Source: Candidatus Gastranaerophilales bacterium
Lineage (GTDB): Bacteria; Cyanobacteriota; Vampirovibrionia; Gastranaerophilales; Gastranaerophilaceae
DNA length: 64,000 nucleotides
NCBI GenBank assembly: GCA_944323695.1
Contig: CALUTI010000005.1
Coordinates: 53,475-117,474 of the forward strand
Direction: 5' to 3'
The position numbers and the translations under genes were made by a program. Below are positions 10,738-21,933 of the stretch, piece by piece. The notes beneath the pieces were generated by a model, which did no database searches, had not been told where the DNA came from, and saw only the letters and a program-made list of their open reading frames with translations. Position 1 is the first letter of the stretch, and each line of letters starts with the position of its first letter.

Positions 10738-12579
10738 ATGACTGATAAGATTAATGTATGTTTAGCTTGTGATGATAATTATTCAAAATACGCCGGGGTT
10801 GTAATAGCATCAATACTTGCTAATGCTGATCCTCAAGACAGGCTGAATATCTATATTCTCGATGGCGGAATTAAAGAAGAAAATAAACAAAAAATTCAAT
10901 CGCTGAAAAGTATTAAAGATTGCGAAATATCTTTTATCACAATTGATGAAAGTATGTTTGAAGAGTATAAAAAAATTCCTACCCTGCAGCATATCAGTTT
11001 TGCTACTTTTTATAGGTTAAAGCTTACCACATTATTGCCTGATATACATAAGATTATATATTTTGATTGCGATATGGCAGTTGTTTCCAGCTTGCAGGAA
11101 TTGTTTGAAACTGATTTTGAAACGAATTATGCCTGCGGTGTCCGTGATATAGGTAGAAAATTGTTGAGGAAAAATCCTAATTATGTAAATGCCGGGATGT
11201 TATTTTTTAATCTGGATTTAATGAGAAAAGATAATATTGAAAGTAAATTTATTGAATATATAGAATCCGGTCAGAGATTACGTTATGCCGATCAGGATAT
11301 AATCAATGGTGCAATGCTTGGTAGAATTAAAATCCTTGATGAAGAATGGAATGTCCAATCAAGCAATTTTACTAACCGTTCAAGCTATACAAATAACCCC
11401 AAAATTATTCATTTTATAGCAAAAAGAAAACCTTGGATGTGGGCATCATTTAGTTATCATAGAAATATATTTTTTAAATACCTGCAGATGACACCGTGGA
11501 AGCTTTCACCAGAAGAATTAGAACACTGGACTAAAGATAATCAAATTGCCTCTTTGATTGAATATTTTAAGTACAGACCGCTTTTTCTTTTAAGACCGCG
11601 TTTCTATTACGCATTTTATAGAACATATATAAAAGATTTTTTGCCTAATATATTTTCTGTGCAAGAATATAATGCTACACACAATATAATGAAAATTTTA
11701 GGTGTAAAGATAAAATTCGCTAAAAGATTTTGTATTAAAGCAATGAAAAATAATATGTATCATTATTACAAACAAAATAATATTGATATAACGACAATTC
11801 CGCCTGCTACGGGTCAAGTCCGCGATATACAGCTTGCTAACCTTGTATTATTAAAAGAATTGGATTACGTATGTAAACAAAATAATCTTCAATATTGGTT
11901 GGATGGCGGAACGTTATTAGGTGCTGTTCGACATAAGGGTTTTATACCTTGGGATGATGATATTGATGTTGCAATGCTTCGTCAGGATTATCAAAAAGTT
12001 ATTGAGGCCTTTAGAAAATCATCAAGAAACCCCGATATACATGCTGATTATGTTATAAAGCCCGCAAATCCTGCACAATGTATTATCAAAGTACAGCATA
12101 AAAAATGTCCGCACCTTTTTGTTGATATATTTCCTTGGGACTATTACGGCAAACGTTTATCGCTTCAAGAGCAACTTGAAAAAACTTTATATTTATCTTC
12201 ATTATGTGATGAGTTAAAAAATATATGTAATCAGAAAATGTCTAAAGCTGAAGTTTTGCGGAAAATATCATCATATATGCAAAATAAAGTTCTAATTAAT
12301 AGGGGGACTGAGGATAAAGGCGATTATGTCTGGGGGCTTGATTTCCATCACCGGTGGAGAAATTGGTTTACACATTATGAAGTACTGCATCCGCTAAAAA
12401 CTATTGAGTTTGAAGGCATTGAGTTCCCTTGTTTAAACAATCCTGATGCATTTTTGTCACGATTATACGGTAATTATATGGCATATCCTAAAAAAATGGG
12501 ATTGGGACATAATATGTATTCAAAATTGTCAGAAGATGAAGCAAAAATTATTAAAGAATTAATAAAGGATAATCAATGA
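10738..12579 (+). CDS. fusion protein: family 8 glycosyltransferase (N-terminal) plus LicD-family phosphotransferase (C-terminal)
   Basis: GT8 signatures ACDDNY, DCDMAV (DxD) and HFIAKRKPW. LicD signature LDGGTLLGAVRHKGFIPWDDDIDVAM in the C-terminal half. Confidence 0.75.
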   Translation: MTDKINVCLACDDNYSKYAGVVIASILANADPQDRLNIYILDGGIKEENKQKIQSLKSIKDCEISFITIDESMFEEYKKIPTLQHISFATFYRLKLTTLLPDIHKIIYFDCDMAVVSSLQELFETDFETNYACGVRDIGRKLLRKNPNYVNAGMLFFNLDLMRKDNIESKFIEYIESGQRLRYADQDIINGAMLGRIKILDEEWNVQSSNFTNRSSYTNNPKIIHFIAKRKPWMWASFSYHRNIFFKYLQMTPWKLSPEELEHWTKDNQIASLIEYFKYRPLFLLRPRFYYAFYRTYIKDFLPNIFSVQEYNATHNIMKILGVKIKFAKRFCIKAMKNNMYHYYKQNNIDITTIPPATGQVRDIQLANLVLLKELDYVCKQNNLQYWLDGGTLLGAVRHKGFIPWDDDIDVAMLRQDYQKVIEAFRKSSRNPDIHADYVIKPANPAQCIIKVQHKKCPHLFVDIFPWDYYGKRLSLQEQLEKTLYLSSLCDELKNICNQKMSKAEVLRKISSYMQNKVLINRGTEDKGDYVWGLDFHHRWRNWFTHYEVLHPLKTIEFEGIEFPCLNNPDAFLSRLYGNYMAYPKKMGLGHNMYSKLSEDEAKIIKELIKDNQ

Positions 12580-13922
12580 AAAATTACGGAATAATATTGG
12601 CATCCGGAACAGGCAGCCGTTATAACAGTGATATTCCTAAACAGTTTGTCAAAATTGCAGGTAAAACTGTATTGGAACATACAATAGAAATTTTTGAAAG
12701 ATCAAATTCTATTGATGAAATAATATTGGTGATAACGCCGGATTACAGACATATTGCTGAAAATATTTTATTAAGAAACAATTATAAAAAAGTCGTAAAG
12801 CTTTTAAATGGCGGCGCTACAAGAAAAGATAGTTCATATATCGCGATATCATCTATTGACGATGATGAGGCAAATGTAATTATTCACGATTGCGCAAGAC
12901 CGTTTTTAACTGAAAAAATTATAGAAAATTGTGTTCGTGCACTGGAAAAATATGATGCAATAGATGTTGCAATACCTTCAGCAGATACTATTATAAAGGT
13001 TAAGGATGACGTTATCGCGGAAATTCCGAATCGTGCGGAATTAAAACGCGGTCAAACTCCTCAGTGTTTCAAATTATCACTTATTAAGAAAGCCCATGAA
13101 TTATCAAAAAATGATAATAATTTTACGGATGACTGCGGCTTAATAGTCAAATATAATCTTGCAAAAGTTTATGTGGTTGAAGGTTCGGGAGAAAATATTA
13201 AAATAACATATCCGGAAGATATTTTCATGGCAGACAGATTATTTCAAATCCGAAGTACTCTATATCCTGAGACGGCATCATTAGCCGGCATGAAAGATAA
13301 AGTTATTGTAATTTTTGGCGGTACAAGCGGTATCGGACAATGTATTTTTGATTTAGGTAAGCAGCTCGGGGCAAAAGTTTTTGCTGCATCAACGCGTACG
13401 GGTTGTGATATTACTTCATATTCAAGTATATGCGAATTCCTTGAGGGTGTTTACAAACAAACCGGCAAAATTGATTATGTAATAAATTCTGCCGGAATTT
13501 TGAGAATGGGAAAACTTCTTGACAGAGAAATTGAAGACGTTAGAAAAGATATTGAAGTAAATTATCTGGGTTCAATTAACGTTGCAAAAGCAAGTATTCC
13601 GTATTTGCAAAAAACAAAGGGCGGGATTTTGCTGTTTGCATCCAGCTCTTATACAAGAGGCAGAGCGTTATATTCAACATATTCTTCAACAAAAGCAGGA
13701 ATAGTAAACTTAGCACAGGCATTAGCAGAAGAATTAAGCAGCGACAAAATCAGAATAAATGTTATAAATCCTGAAAGAACGGCAACGCCTATGAGGTTTA
13801 AAGCTTTTGGCAAAGAGCCTGAAGACAGCTTACTGGCTCCTGAAAAAGTCGCCGAGGCGAGTTTGAAAACTTTATTGTCCGATTTGACAGGGCAAGTTAT
13901 TGATGTAAGAAGAGAAGACTGA
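12576..13922 (+). CDS. bifunctional IspD-like cytidylyltransferase / short-chain dehydrogenase (Bcs1-type CDP-ribitol synthase-like)
   Basis: N-terminal ILASGTGSRYNSDIPKQF (IspD/TarI type). C-terminal SDR motifs FGGTSGIGQ and YSSTKAG. 4-nt overlap with the upstream gene. Confidence 0.7.
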   Translation: MKNYGIILASGTGSRYNSDIPKQFVKIAGKTVLEHTIEIFERSNSIDEIILVITPDYRHIAENILLRNNYKKVVKLLNGGATRKDSSYIAISSIDDDEANVIIHDCARPFLTEKIIENCVRALEKYDAIDVAIPSADTIIKVKDDVIAEIPNRAELKRGQTPQCFKLSLIKKAHELSKNDNNFTDDCGLIVKYNLAKVYVVEGSGENIKITYPEDIFMADRLFQIRSTLYPETASLAGMKDKVIVIFGGTSGIGQCIFDLGKQLGAKVFAASTRTGCDITSYSSICEFLEGVYKQTGKIDYVINSAGILRMGKLLDREIEDVRKDIEVNYLGSINVAKASIPYLQKTKGGILLFASSSYTRGRALYSTYSSTKAGIVNLAQALAEELSSDKIRINVINPERTATPMRFKAFGKEPEDSLLAPEKVAEASLKTLLSDLTGQVIDVRRED

Positions 13923-13934
13923 ATTTTTAAATCA

Positions 13935-15047
13935 TTACACCCCGATAATTGAGCGGGTATTTTGTACCTGTAATTTGACAAGCAATTTTTTTAAGCCTAC
14001 AAGAATACCCAAACTTATTCCTGTAACTGTAATAAATCTTGCAATCGCAATCAAAATCGCAGTACCGAATTCTTCAGGACTATTTACCGGCAAAACTTTT
14101 GCCGTATTGAAAAATTGATTGAATGCAAAAAATATGTACCAGTGTACAAAAAATATTGAAAAACTGTATTTTGCAACCATATCCATACTGTTGTTAAACC
14201 ATTTGCAATTTTTGATTTGTTCGTCATAATGTTTTAAATAACCTAAAACAATAAGTGTTAAAAATATTTTGGAAATAGTTCCGTTTGATATCCCAAAATT
14301 GTGCAGAAGATAAATATCTATTGCGGAAGTTAAAAGCATTAAAGAAATAAAAAGCCGGCGTTTGTCATAGCATAGGGCAATTTTATCTTTGTAAGCAGAA
14401 AAATACATCCCCAGAATATACATTGATGCAAAATGCACAAATCCGTTCAGAACATATTTTATGTATTCCAAATATTTTGCCGCATAGCTCATTCCGACCA
14501 AATTTTCCGGCTCCAGTGCCATTCTTGGGATTAATAATGTTATTAAAAACAGAAACGGCAATAATTTATAAAGAACTTTCTTTTTCTCTAATATCAAAAA
14601 AGCATCCGCAAGCAAAAAGAAAATACAAATCATCGGGATATACCATGTCGGAACGTTTTGAACACGTCCTGTTGTTAAAAATATTCCGATTTGAGCAAAA
14701 GGATTCAAGCCGTCAAAAGGGTTGCCGTAAGCTATAGGCATTGTGAAACATAGAATTATCCCCGGAATTGCCGTAATAATATAGGGTAAAATTACATTAG
14801 TCCATTTCTTTTTTAAATAAGTTTTGTATTCATACCTGTCAGACAAATGCTGAAATAAAAATCCTGAAATGAATATGAAAAGTGCAGTGCCGCCCGTAAA
14901 TATTTCAAACGCAATATTGTTAACCCATGTTCCGGGATTTCCTATTTGCATAGTATGACCGACAACGATAAGTAAAATTGCAAGTCCTCTGAAAACATTT
15001 ATATAGTTAAGCATTTCGCGTTTAGGTTTTTGTAATGTCTGCTGCAT
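13935..15047 (-). CDS. acyltransferase family 3 membrane protein (glycan O-acyltransferase type)
   Basis: About 10 predicted hydrophobic helices. N-terminal INVFRGLAILLIVVGH is typical of the acyltransferase_3 family. Confidence 0.65.
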   Translation of the reverse strand: MQQTLQKPKREMLNYINVFRGLAILLIVVGHTMQIGNPGTWVNNIAFEIFTGGTALFIFISGFLFQHLSDRYEYKTYLKKKWTNVILPYIITAIPGIILCFTMPIAYGNPFDGLNPFAQIGIFLTTGRVQNVPTWYIPMICIFFLLADAFLILEKKKVLYKLLPFLFLITLLIPRMALEPENLVGMSYAAKYLEYIKYVLNGFVHFASMYILGMYFSAYKDKIALCYDKRRLFISLMLLTSAIDIYLLHNFGISNGTISKIFLTLIVLGYLKHYDEQIKNCKWFNNSMDMVAKYSFSIFFVHWYIFFAFNQFFNTAKVLPVNSPEEFGTAILIAIARFITVTGISLGILVGLKKLLVKLQVQNTRSIIGV

Positions 15048-15056
15048 AAATTCCCC

Positions 15057-15581
15057 TTAAAAACTCTTGATTGCGCCCCATGCACGGATTGTGCCGCGTT
15101 CATATTTTAAAAGGTAATAATTGCCTTCTTTAACATATTCTATTGTAGCACTCATATGAATTTTTTCTTCATCAGGCGGCATACCCACTTCGGCACGTTG
15201 TTTGTTGGTTTTTTCACGTTCTTTTTCACGTTTCTTTTTAATTTTCTGGTAATCTTTATCAAACTCTTTATTATAAGCTTCTTTATCTTCCTCAACTTTA
15301 AATACAGGAATTATGGCAATCGGATTTTTAGTCTGCATAAGAATAAGGAAGTCTTTTTCATCAGAAAGTGCCAGTTCATAGTGTCCTGCAGGGATAGTAT
15401 TTCCGCCCGGATCAGAAATCTTATCTATTATGCTTAAAATCGGGTAATCGGTGTCTCTTAGTGAATATCTGTAAATCGCCTGTGCGCCTTGCCCAACGCC
15501 GGAAGTTTCCTGAGGGTGGGGAATATACGGACGAACAGTCGGAAAAGTCAGTACATTTTGTGCAAAATTACCGTCAAGCAT
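15057..15581 (-). CDS. hypothetical protein (174 aa) translationally coupled to rnpA
   Basis: Its ATG overlaps the rnpA stop (TAATG). It has a Lys/Glu-rich central stretch KKKREKEREKTNKQRAE and no recognisable family. Confidence 0.55.
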   Translation of the reverse strand: MLDGNFAQNVLTFPTVRPYIPHPQETSGVGQGAQAIYRYSLRDTDYPILSIIDKISDPGGNTIPAGHYELALSDEKDFLILMQTKNPIAIIPVFKVEEDKEAYNKEFDKDYQKIKKKREKEREKTNKQRAEVGMPPDEEKIHMSATIEYVKEGNYYLLKYERGTIRAWGAIKSF

Positions 15582-15934
15582 TATTGAACCCCTTGGACAA
15601 GTTTTTTTATTGCAGAATCGATTTCGTTAAAGTTTTTTCCGAGAGCCTTTTCCGTTCCTACAAAAATCAACGACAAATATTTTTGAGAGTTTCCCAGATT
15701 ATTTTCTTTTAACAAAAGCCTGTAGCTTTCTCTCATAAGCCTTTTGAGACGATTTCTTTTAACTGCGCGCTTGTGAACCTTTTTGCTGACTACAAAACCG
15801 ACTTTTGTAGGGCTGTCATCTTTTTTTAAAATCCCCGCAAACAAAGTTATTCCTCCCTTATGGAAGGAATTTTTAACTCTGTATGTTGCTTTAAAAGCGG
15901 ATCTGTTTTTTAATCTGTATTGTTTAGGTAACAT
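15581..15934 (-). CDS. rnpA: ribonuclease P protein component
   Basis: RNR motif region KKVHKRAVKRNRLKRLMRE; located directly downstream of rpmH. Confidence 0.85.
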   Translation of the reverse strand: MLPKQYRLKNRSAFKATYRVKNSFHKGGITLFAGILKKDDSPTKVGFVVSKKVHKRAVKRNRLKRLMRESYRLLLKENNLGNSQKYLSLIFVGTEKALGKNFNEIDSAIKKLVQGVQ

Positions 15935-15994
15935 TTAACATCCGCCTTTCATTTTTGCTATGCGTAAAATAAACCTAACAATAATATAATGTTG

Positions 15995-16147
15995 TTAAGC
16001 ACGTTCTTTAGCAGTGATAGCCAATTTATGACGACCTTTAGCGCGGCGTCTGTTCAAAACTTCTCTGCCGCCCGGGGTAGCCATTCTTGCTCTGAATCCG
16101 CTTACGTGTTGTCTTTTTACTTTAGTTCCTTCTAGTGTACGTCTCAT
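15995..16147 (-). CDS. rpmH: 50S ribosomal protein L34
   Basis: Hand translation: [50 protein letters not shown] (50 aa). It is below the track length cutoff. Classic L34 sequence and classic position upstream of rnpA. Confidence 0.9.
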   Translation of the reverse strand: MRRTLEGTKVKRQHVSGFRARMATPGGREVLNRRRAKGRHKLAITAKERA

Positions 16148-16243
16148 TTTCTAATTCCTTTTTATTTATATTTGTCGTATGATTTTTATGTTAAATGAAA
16201 AAAAGTTGTTAGTCAATATAAATAAAAGGAGAGGTTAAATAAT

Positions 16244-17050
16244 ATGAACAAAAAGATAGGTTTTATCGGATGCGGAAAAATGGCAAGTGCGATTATCAAA
16301 GGGGTTATGTCATCCTGCTGCGGTGAAAAATATGAGATTAAAGGCTCTGAAGTTAACTGTGAAATCGCAGAACTCGCTCAGGAACGTCTGGGTATCCCTG
16401 TATTGACTGACAACAGAATGCTTGTAATGGATAGCGATGTAATATTTTTAGCTGTAAAACCTAATTATGTTCAACAGATTTTGGAAGAAATCAAAAATGA
16501 AATTACACCGGAAAAACTTGTTGTATCAATCGCGGCCGGTGTAAGCACTTCTAAAATCGAAAAAATTGTAGGCCAGGCAAGAGTAATTCGTGTAATGCCG
16601 AATACTCCGGCACTTGTTCTGGAAGGTATGAGCGGAATTTGTAAAGGTGAATTTGCACGCGATGAAGATGCGGCATTTGTTATGAAATTGCTTTCAAATA
16701 TCGGAAAATGCATTGAAGTTGATGAAAAACAAATCGACATTGTAACTGCAATTTCCGGCTCCGGCCCTGCATTTTTCTACAAGGTTATAGAAGATATGGC
16801 GCGCGCAGGCGAAAAATTGGGTCTGGATTACGAAAAATCATTATTGCTTGCTACCCAAACGGCATTGGGTTCCGCTAAAATGGTATTCAATAAAGGTGAA
16901 TTGACTGTCCAAAATCTGATTGATAATGTTGCAACCAAAGGCGGATGTACATTTGTCGGAATAACAGTTATGAACGAAGAAAATTCAGACAAATTATTCT
17001 ATGACGTGATTGATGAAACCGCAAAAAAAGCACACGAATTAGGCGCGTAA
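16244..17050 (+). CDS. proC: pyrroline-5-carboxylate reductase
   Basis: N-terminal Rossmann motif IGFIGCGKMASAI; overall length and RVMPNTPA motif are typical of ProC. Confidence 0.85.
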   Translation: MNKKIGFIGCGKMASAIIKGVMSSCCGEKYEIKGSEVNCEIAELAQERLGIPVLTDNRMLVMDSDVIFLAVKPNYVQQILEEIKNEITPEKLVVSIAAGVSTSKIEKIVGQARVIRVMPNTPALVLEGMSGICKGEFARDEDAAFVMKLLSNIGKCIEVDEKQIDIVTAISGSGPAFFYKVIEDMARAGEKLGLDYEKSLLLATQTALGSAKMVFNKGELTVQNLIDNVATKGGCTFVGITVMNEENSDKLFYDVIDETAKKAHELGA

Positions 17051-17072
17051 ATGTTATTTTTTGCACGGATTA

Positions 17073-17179
17073 TACCCCACCCCTTGATGGCCCGGGGAAG
17101 AATTTCTTAGAGAGCTAAGCGAGCTTAGAAATTCGGGTGCGGGGCAAAGTAGATTGTTGGGCAAGTATGCCCAACCTAC
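17073..17179. repeat. GC-rich mosaic palindromic repeats (REP/BIME-like)
   Basis: TACCCCACCCC ... GAATTTCT-loop-AGAAATTC-GGGTGCGGGG composite hairpin (17073-17144), followed by GTAG-ATT-GTTGGGCA-AGTA-TGCCCAAC-CTAC (17149-17179). The same modules recur at 22.1-22.3 kb. Confidence 0.8.
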
Positions 17180-17220
17180 ATACTAGATTATGCCATCGGA
17201 TGTAAAATATCTAACCTGAC

Positions 17221-17823
17221 TTACCATCTGACATTATGATTAATAGTACCACTGTGGTTAACAGAACCATAATGCCAAATATTTAATTGTCTTGGTGCCG
17301 TTTGAAGTTGATACATACGCTGAAAATTAACTTGTTGTTCACGTTGTTGTCTTTGATACGCGACTTCATTTTGACGGCTAATATTTAGATTATTTTCTCT
17401 ATCTCGAATTTTAGAATAACATATATTTTTATAGACTAAATCATCTACGGCATCACATTTTTTTATTGCCTCGTTAAACTTTTGTTTCCTGTTATACCAA
17501 TAGTTATTATTTTCTTGATTCGCCTTTTTGTGATATAAAAAATATCTTTCACCGTCATATACTGGATTTTCAAGACCAAGCGGACAAAATTCCGTCCATT
17601 CCGGTCTATATGGGTTGTATGCACTTTTGTCGCCGCGGATAATTTTAACAAAATTTGAATTTAAATTATATTCTGGGACTGTATTGTTATTTACTTCGTA
17701 TGAATAATTCGGTGCAGCATATGTCCTATTTATATATATTATTGTTCCTAATACCATTAGACATATAACAATTGTCTTTTTATTTATCATTAATTTTTCC
17801 TTAAACATTGAATTATTATTCAA
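17221..17823 (-). CDS. hypothetical secreted protein (Asn/Tyr-rich)
   Basis: ORF with an N-terminal hydrophobic signal-like segment KKTIVICLMVLGTIIYINRTYA. No family recognised; the start is ambiguous among several Met codons. Confidence 0.5.
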   Translation of the reverse strand: MNNNSMFKEKLMINKKTIVICLMVLGTIIYINRTYAAPNYSYEVNNNTVPEYNLNSNFVKIIRGDKSAYNPYRPEWTEFCPLGLENPVYDGERYFLYHKKANQENNNYWYNRKQKFNEAIKKCDAVDDLVYKNICYSKIRDRENNLNISRQNEVAYQRQQREQQVNFQRMYQLQTAPRQLNIWHYGSVNHSGTINHNVRW

Positions 17824-17898
17824 TTAACATGAAATATATTTCTATATAATGTATTATATTAGATATTTTTATTTTGTCAACCTGTGTAAAATACTTTT

Positions 17899-18114
17899 AT
17901 GGATGACAAACAAATTTTAAATAACGTATCCGACAATATACGTATGGCACGTTTGCAACGTCGAATTTCGCAGGAAAAGCTTGCGGAAATGGTTGATATT
18001 TCGACAAAATACCTGAATATGATAGAAAACCGCAAGGCTAACCCGACTATTGTTATTGTCATCCGTATATGTCAGGCTTTAGGTATTGATTTAAATACTA
18101 TTTACCCTCAGTGA
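17899..18114 (+). CDS. XRE-family helix-turn-helix transcriptional regulator
   Basis: Typical Cro/C1 HTH: NIRMARLQRRISQEKLAEMVDISTKYLNMIENRKANPTI. Confidence 0.8.
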   Translation: MDDKQILNNVSDNIRMARLQRRISQEKLAEMVDISTKYLNMIENRKANPTIVIVIRICQALGIDLNTIYPQ

Positions 18115-19177
18115 TTTCATCCGCTGTTGCCAAAAATTCTATAATATTCATAATTTTTGGGTGTTTTTTGCCTGAAAATCCCTGATGAATTCCGATTATG
18201 CAGGCGGGGCAGGCGGTTAGGATTATATCCGCACCTGTATCTGCAAGGTTTTTGGCTTTTTGTTTTGTCATTTTTAGCGATAATTTAGGGTTATGAAGTG
18301 CAAATTCTCCCGCAAATCCGCAGCATTCGTCGTAATCCTTTGCCTCAAGGTATTCTATATTTGTGCATTTTGCAAGTAAAGGTTTTAAAAACGCATCGGA
18401 TTTTAGGTGGCAGGGCTTATGAAATGTTACTTTCAAAGGCTTATTAAATATAAATTTTTTATCCTGAATTGCAAGAAAATGGCAGATGTTAATAATATTA
18501 GGAGTGGAATCCTCACTAACCTGTTGCGTATAATCTTTCAAGGCGCTTTCACAGCTTGCGCAATCTGTTATGATGTAATCATAATCCCCTTTTAAAAGTG
18601 CAATATTATGGTTTTTAACCTCCTCGTAGCGTTCAAGGTTTCCGCTTGATAAAAAAGGCACTCCGCAGCATTCAAAATCTTTTTCTATCAATTCAACGTT
18701 GTAGTGCGAGAGAACTTTTTTCATTGCATTTTCGGATTTTGGATAAATTGTATTAGCACAGCCTTTGAAATAAAGTAATTTAGTTGAGCCTTCAGATTTG
18801 TAATCAACCCTTTTGAAACATTTTCCAATTGCCAGAATTTTATTAAAAAATGAACGTGCCTGTAAAAAACGTGTAATTTTCCCGTAAATTGTATCTTTAA
18901 CGTATTCGTGTTTTGCAGTATTAAAAATTTCGCACACATCAATATCAGACGGGCAAAAATCCTTACATTTCCCGCATTTTAGACACAAATCAAGGTATTT
19001 TTCTATTGTTTTGGAAAGTTTTAAATCACCTTTCAGAACCCCTTGAAGCATAACAAATTTCCCGCGGGAAACCGCACAGTCATTGCCCGTTATTTTATAG
19101 ACAGGGCAAACTTCCTGGCACTTGCCGCATTTGGAACATTTGTTTATATCATCTGAGAAATCCGATAGTTTTTTCAT
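18098..19177 (-). CDS. Fe-S oxidoreductase, GlcF/LutA-like (two 4Fe-4S motifs plus two CCG domains)
   Basis: CSKCGKCQEVCP and CLKCGKCKDFCP ferredoxin motifs. CCG motifs FECCGVP and DECCGFAG. Confidence 0.7.
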   Translation of the reverse strand: MKKLSDFSDDINKCSKCGKCQEVCPVYKITGNDCAVSRGKFVMLQGVLKGDLKLSKTIEKYLDLCLKCGKCKDFCPSDIDVCEIFNTAKHEYVKDTIYGKITRFLQARSFFNKILAIGKCFKRVDYKSEGSTKLLYFKGCANTIYPKSENAMKKVLSHYNVELIEKDFECCGVPFLSSGNLERYEEVKNHNIALLKGDYDYIITDCASCESALKDYTQQVSEDSTPNIINICHFLAIQDKKFIFNKPLKVTFHKPCHLKSDAFLKPLLAKCTNIEYLEAKDYDECCGFAGEFALHNPKLSLKMTKQKAKNLADTGADIILTACPACIIGIHQGFSGKKHPKIMNIIEFLATADEITEGK

Positions 19178-19203
19178 ATGACCTTATATATTTTTGTAAA
19201 AGT

Positions 19204-19268
19204 AGGTAATTAGTTTGAAGACTATAGCGGAGCCGGAGGTGAGAGCGTCGTCTGAAAACTGATTACCT
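19204..19268 (-). repeat. conserved-loop / variable-stem hairpin, copy 3 (reverse orientation)
   Basis: Arms AGGTAATTAGTTT (19204-19216) and AAACTGATTACCT (19256-19268): 13 bp with one T-G pair. The loop is the reverse complement of the core shared with 22030-22066 and 37325-37361. Confidence 0.85.
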
Positions 19269-19281
19269 TAAATTGATTATT

Positions 19282-20934
19282 TTACACCAGTGCCCCATGT
19301 GAGGCATCTCCGACGTTTTTGGCGTATTTTGCAAGGTAGCCTGACTTGACTTTAAGCTCAAACTGTTTAAGATTTTTTCTGCGTTCTTCAAGCGTTTTTT
19401 CATCAACCAGAAGTTCAATTGAGCGATTCGGAATATCAATTTTAATTCTGTCACCGTCTTGAATAAGTGCAATAACCCCGCCTTTTGCAGCCTCCGGACA
19501 AACGTGCCCTATACAAATTCCGCGCGTTGCGCCGGAAAATCTTCCGTCTGTAATCAAGGCGCAGGTTTTACCCAAACCTTTTCCGACAAGAAGTGAGGTC
19601 GGAGCAAGCATTTCACGCATTCCCGGACCGCCTACCGGCCCTTCATAGCGGATTATTATTACATCTCCGGCTTTAATTTTGTCATCCTCAAGCGCTTTCA
19701 TTGCTGCTTCTTCGCTGTCAAAAGTCTTTGCCGTACCTTCAAATTCATAGCATTCAGGGTCTATTCCTGAAATCTTTGTTACACAACCGTCTTTTGCAAG
19801 GTTCCCGTATAACACGCCCAAGCCGGATTGTGTGTAACTTGCTTTCTCATACGGCGGAATAATATTAGTGTCTGCATTAGCGTTTTTAATTATATCTTTG
19901 ATACTCAAACAGCTTACGTTTTTGGTATTTTTGTTTAAAAGATCTTTTAAAGACTGCATAACCGCAGGGATTCCGCCTGCATAATGAAAATCTGTCATTG
20001 TAAGCGTTGATGACGGATTAATTTTTACAATCTGGTGAATTTCACGGCTTAATCTGTCAAAATCGTCTATTGTAATGTCAATTCCGCCGGCATTTGCAAT
20101 TGCAAGAAGGTGCAGGAATGTATTTGTTGACCCGCCGAGTGCCAAATCCGCTATTATAGCGTTTGTCATTGATTCTTTTGTAATAATATCGGATGGTTTT
20201 ATATCTTTTTTTACAAGTTCCACAATCTGCATTCCGCTGTCAAAGGCGATACGACGTTTTTCGGCAGAAACAACAGACGCTGATGAGCAATACGGCAGAC
20301 TCATTCCAAGAACCTCCGTCAGGCAAGCCATTGTATTTGCAGTGTACATTCCCTGACAGGCACCCGCAGAAGGACATGAATTTTCTTCCATTTCAAGAAG
20401 ATGTTCTTTTGTAATTTCGCCTTTTCTGAACCTTCCGACAGCTTCAAATGAGCCTGTAACCATTGTTAATTTATTTTCGCCACGGCAAACCCCGTCCAGC
20501 ATGGGACCTGCGGTCACAATTATTGTCGGAACATTTATTCTTAATGCCGCAATAAGCATTCCTGGGGTTATTTTATCGCAGTTTGAAAGCAAAACTAAGC
20601 CATCAAGCTGGTGAGCTTCTGCAACACATTCCACGCAGTCCGCTATCAAATCTCTTGACGGAAGTGAATATCGCATTCCGCTATGCCCCATTGCGATTCC
20701 GTCACAAATTGCCGGAACCCCGAATACAAATGCCTGACCGCCTGCTGTGTGAATTCCTTTTTCAATCTGTCTTTCCAAATCCCGCATTGTAATATGTCCG
20801 GGAACTAAATCGGAAAATGAGCTTGCAATCCCTATAAACGGTGCATCCATGTTTTTTCTGCTGACACCGGTTGCCATTAAAAGTCCGCGGTGCGGTGTTC
20901 TTGCTAATCCTTTTTTAATATTGTCGCTTTTCAT
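19282..20934 (-). CDS. ilvD: dihydroxy-acid dehydratase
   Basis: Full-length IlvD-like sequence with CDKITPGM and the C-terminal [10 protein letters not shown] motif. Confidence 0.9.
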   Translation of the reverse strand: MKSDNIKKGLARTPHRGLLMATGVSRKNMDAPFIGIASSFSDLVPGHITMRDLERQIEKGIHTAGGQAFVFGVPAICDGIAMGHSGMRYSLPSRDLIADCVECVAEAHQLDGLVLLSNCDKITPGMLIAALRINVPTIIVTAGPMLDGVCRGENKLTMVTGSFEAVGRFRKGEITKEHLLEMEENSCPSAGACQGMYTANTMACLTEVLGMSLPYCSSASVVSAEKRRIAFDSGMQIVELVKKDIKPSDIITKESMTNAIIADLALGGSTNTFLHLLAIANAGGIDITIDDFDRLSREIHQIVKINPSSTLTMTDFHYAGGIPAVMQSLKDLLNKNTKNVSCLSIKDIIKNANADTNIIPPYEKASYTQSGLGVLYGNLAKDGCVTKISGIDPECYEFEGTAKTFDSEEAAMKALEDDKIKAGDVIIIRYEGPVGGPGMREMLAPTSLLVGKGLGKTCALITDGRFSGATRGICIGHVCPEAAKGGVIALIQDGDRIKIDIPNRSIELLVDEKTLEERRKNLKQFELKVKSGYLAKYAKNVGDASHGALV

Positions 20935-20941
20935 AATTTCC

Positions 20942-21868
20942 CTATAAACTTACATTCACAATATTAAAATGGTCATCCCATTCTATTTTACCCTCAAGAT
21001 CTATATTGTGATAATTATATGTATTTTCAATTAATTGCGGTGTAAAAAGCCCCATAAGTCCGAGACGTTTTATAATATCCGGCAAAAGTTTTGTGCTGCC
21101 GGCAAGAGTTCCGTCTTTTGAAGTCGCTTTTTCTCCGTCAAAGTATATTGTTTCCCCCTCAAATTCCATTTCTTTTAAGCTGCTTTTTGTAATCGGCAGG
21201 CAATCTGATATTAAAAGAATTTTGTCAATCGGTTTTGCCTTGAAAATAAGTCTTATTATGGAATCTGAAATATGTACTCCGTCAGCAATTATTTCCGTAT
21301 AAATGCTGTCATCAGTCAATGCGGTGAGTGCGGTTGAAGTTCCTCGCTGAACAATCCCTGACATCGCATTAAACAAATGTGTTGCGCCGTCACAGTATGA
21401 TAAATCCCCTCCTGTGCAGTGCCCTGCCTGAATTTTTACGTCCTTTGTCAATAAATATTTTGCCAGTGCAAAATTTTCGTCAAATTCCGGTGCGTAAGTG
21501 AGAATTTTTATAAAATCATCTTCAATTAGTTTGTAATTCTCTATTGTGGGCTTCAAAAATTGTTTTTCGTCGTGAATTCCTTTTTTTTCGGGGTTTAAAA
21601 AGATACCTTCAAGGTGGACTCCGAAAATTTTTGCACTGTCTTTAGGCTGAATACTTGCAGCTTGTTTGATTACGGAAATTTGTTTTTTGATGTTTTCAAC
21701 CGTATCAGTTGCAAGTGTCGGAAAAATTCCGCCAATCCCGTATTTTAAAATCTCTTTTGATAAATACAAAACATCATCAACGGTGCAGTTGTTGAAGTTA
21801 ATCCCGAATGCGCCATGAAAATGCTGTTCAATTATTAATTTTGTTTCCATAAGTCTATTATATTCCAA
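20942..21868 (-). CDS. NagA-family amidohydrolase (N-acetylglucosamine-6-phosphate deacetylase-like, short form)
   Basis: Metal-ligand pattern [26 protein letters not shown] as in NagA. At 308 aa it appears to lack the usual N-terminal beta-sandwich. Confidence 0.6.
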   Translation of the reverse strand: MEYNRLMETKLIIEQHFHGAFGINFNNCTVDDVLYLSKEILKYGIGGIFPTLATDTVENIKKQISVIKQAASIQPKDSAKIFGVHLEGIFLNPEKKGIHDEKQFLKPTIENYKLIEDDFIKILTYAPEFDENFALAKYLLTKDVKIQAGHCTGGDLSYCDGATHLFNAMSGIVQRGTSTALTALTDDSIYTEIIADGVHISDSIIRLIFKAKPIDKILLISDCLPITKSSLKEMEFEGETIYFDGEKATSKDGTLAGSTKLLPDIIKRLGLMGLFTPQLIENTYNYHNIDLEGKIEWDDHFNIVNVSL

Positions 21869-21879
21869 ATACTATTATG

Positions 21880-21908
21880 TTGCAAAAATTATTAAAAACT
21901 GCTATAAT
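21880..21908 (+). promoter_or_regulatory. near-consensus promoter TTGCAA-17 nt-TATAAT with TGC extended -10
   Basis: TTGCAA at 21880-21885, 17-nt spacer, TGCTATAAT ending at 21908. It is followed by AGGAG (21921-21925) and ATG (21934). Confidence 0.55.
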
Positions 21909-21933
21909 GATTAAAAAAGAAGGAGAAAAGCTT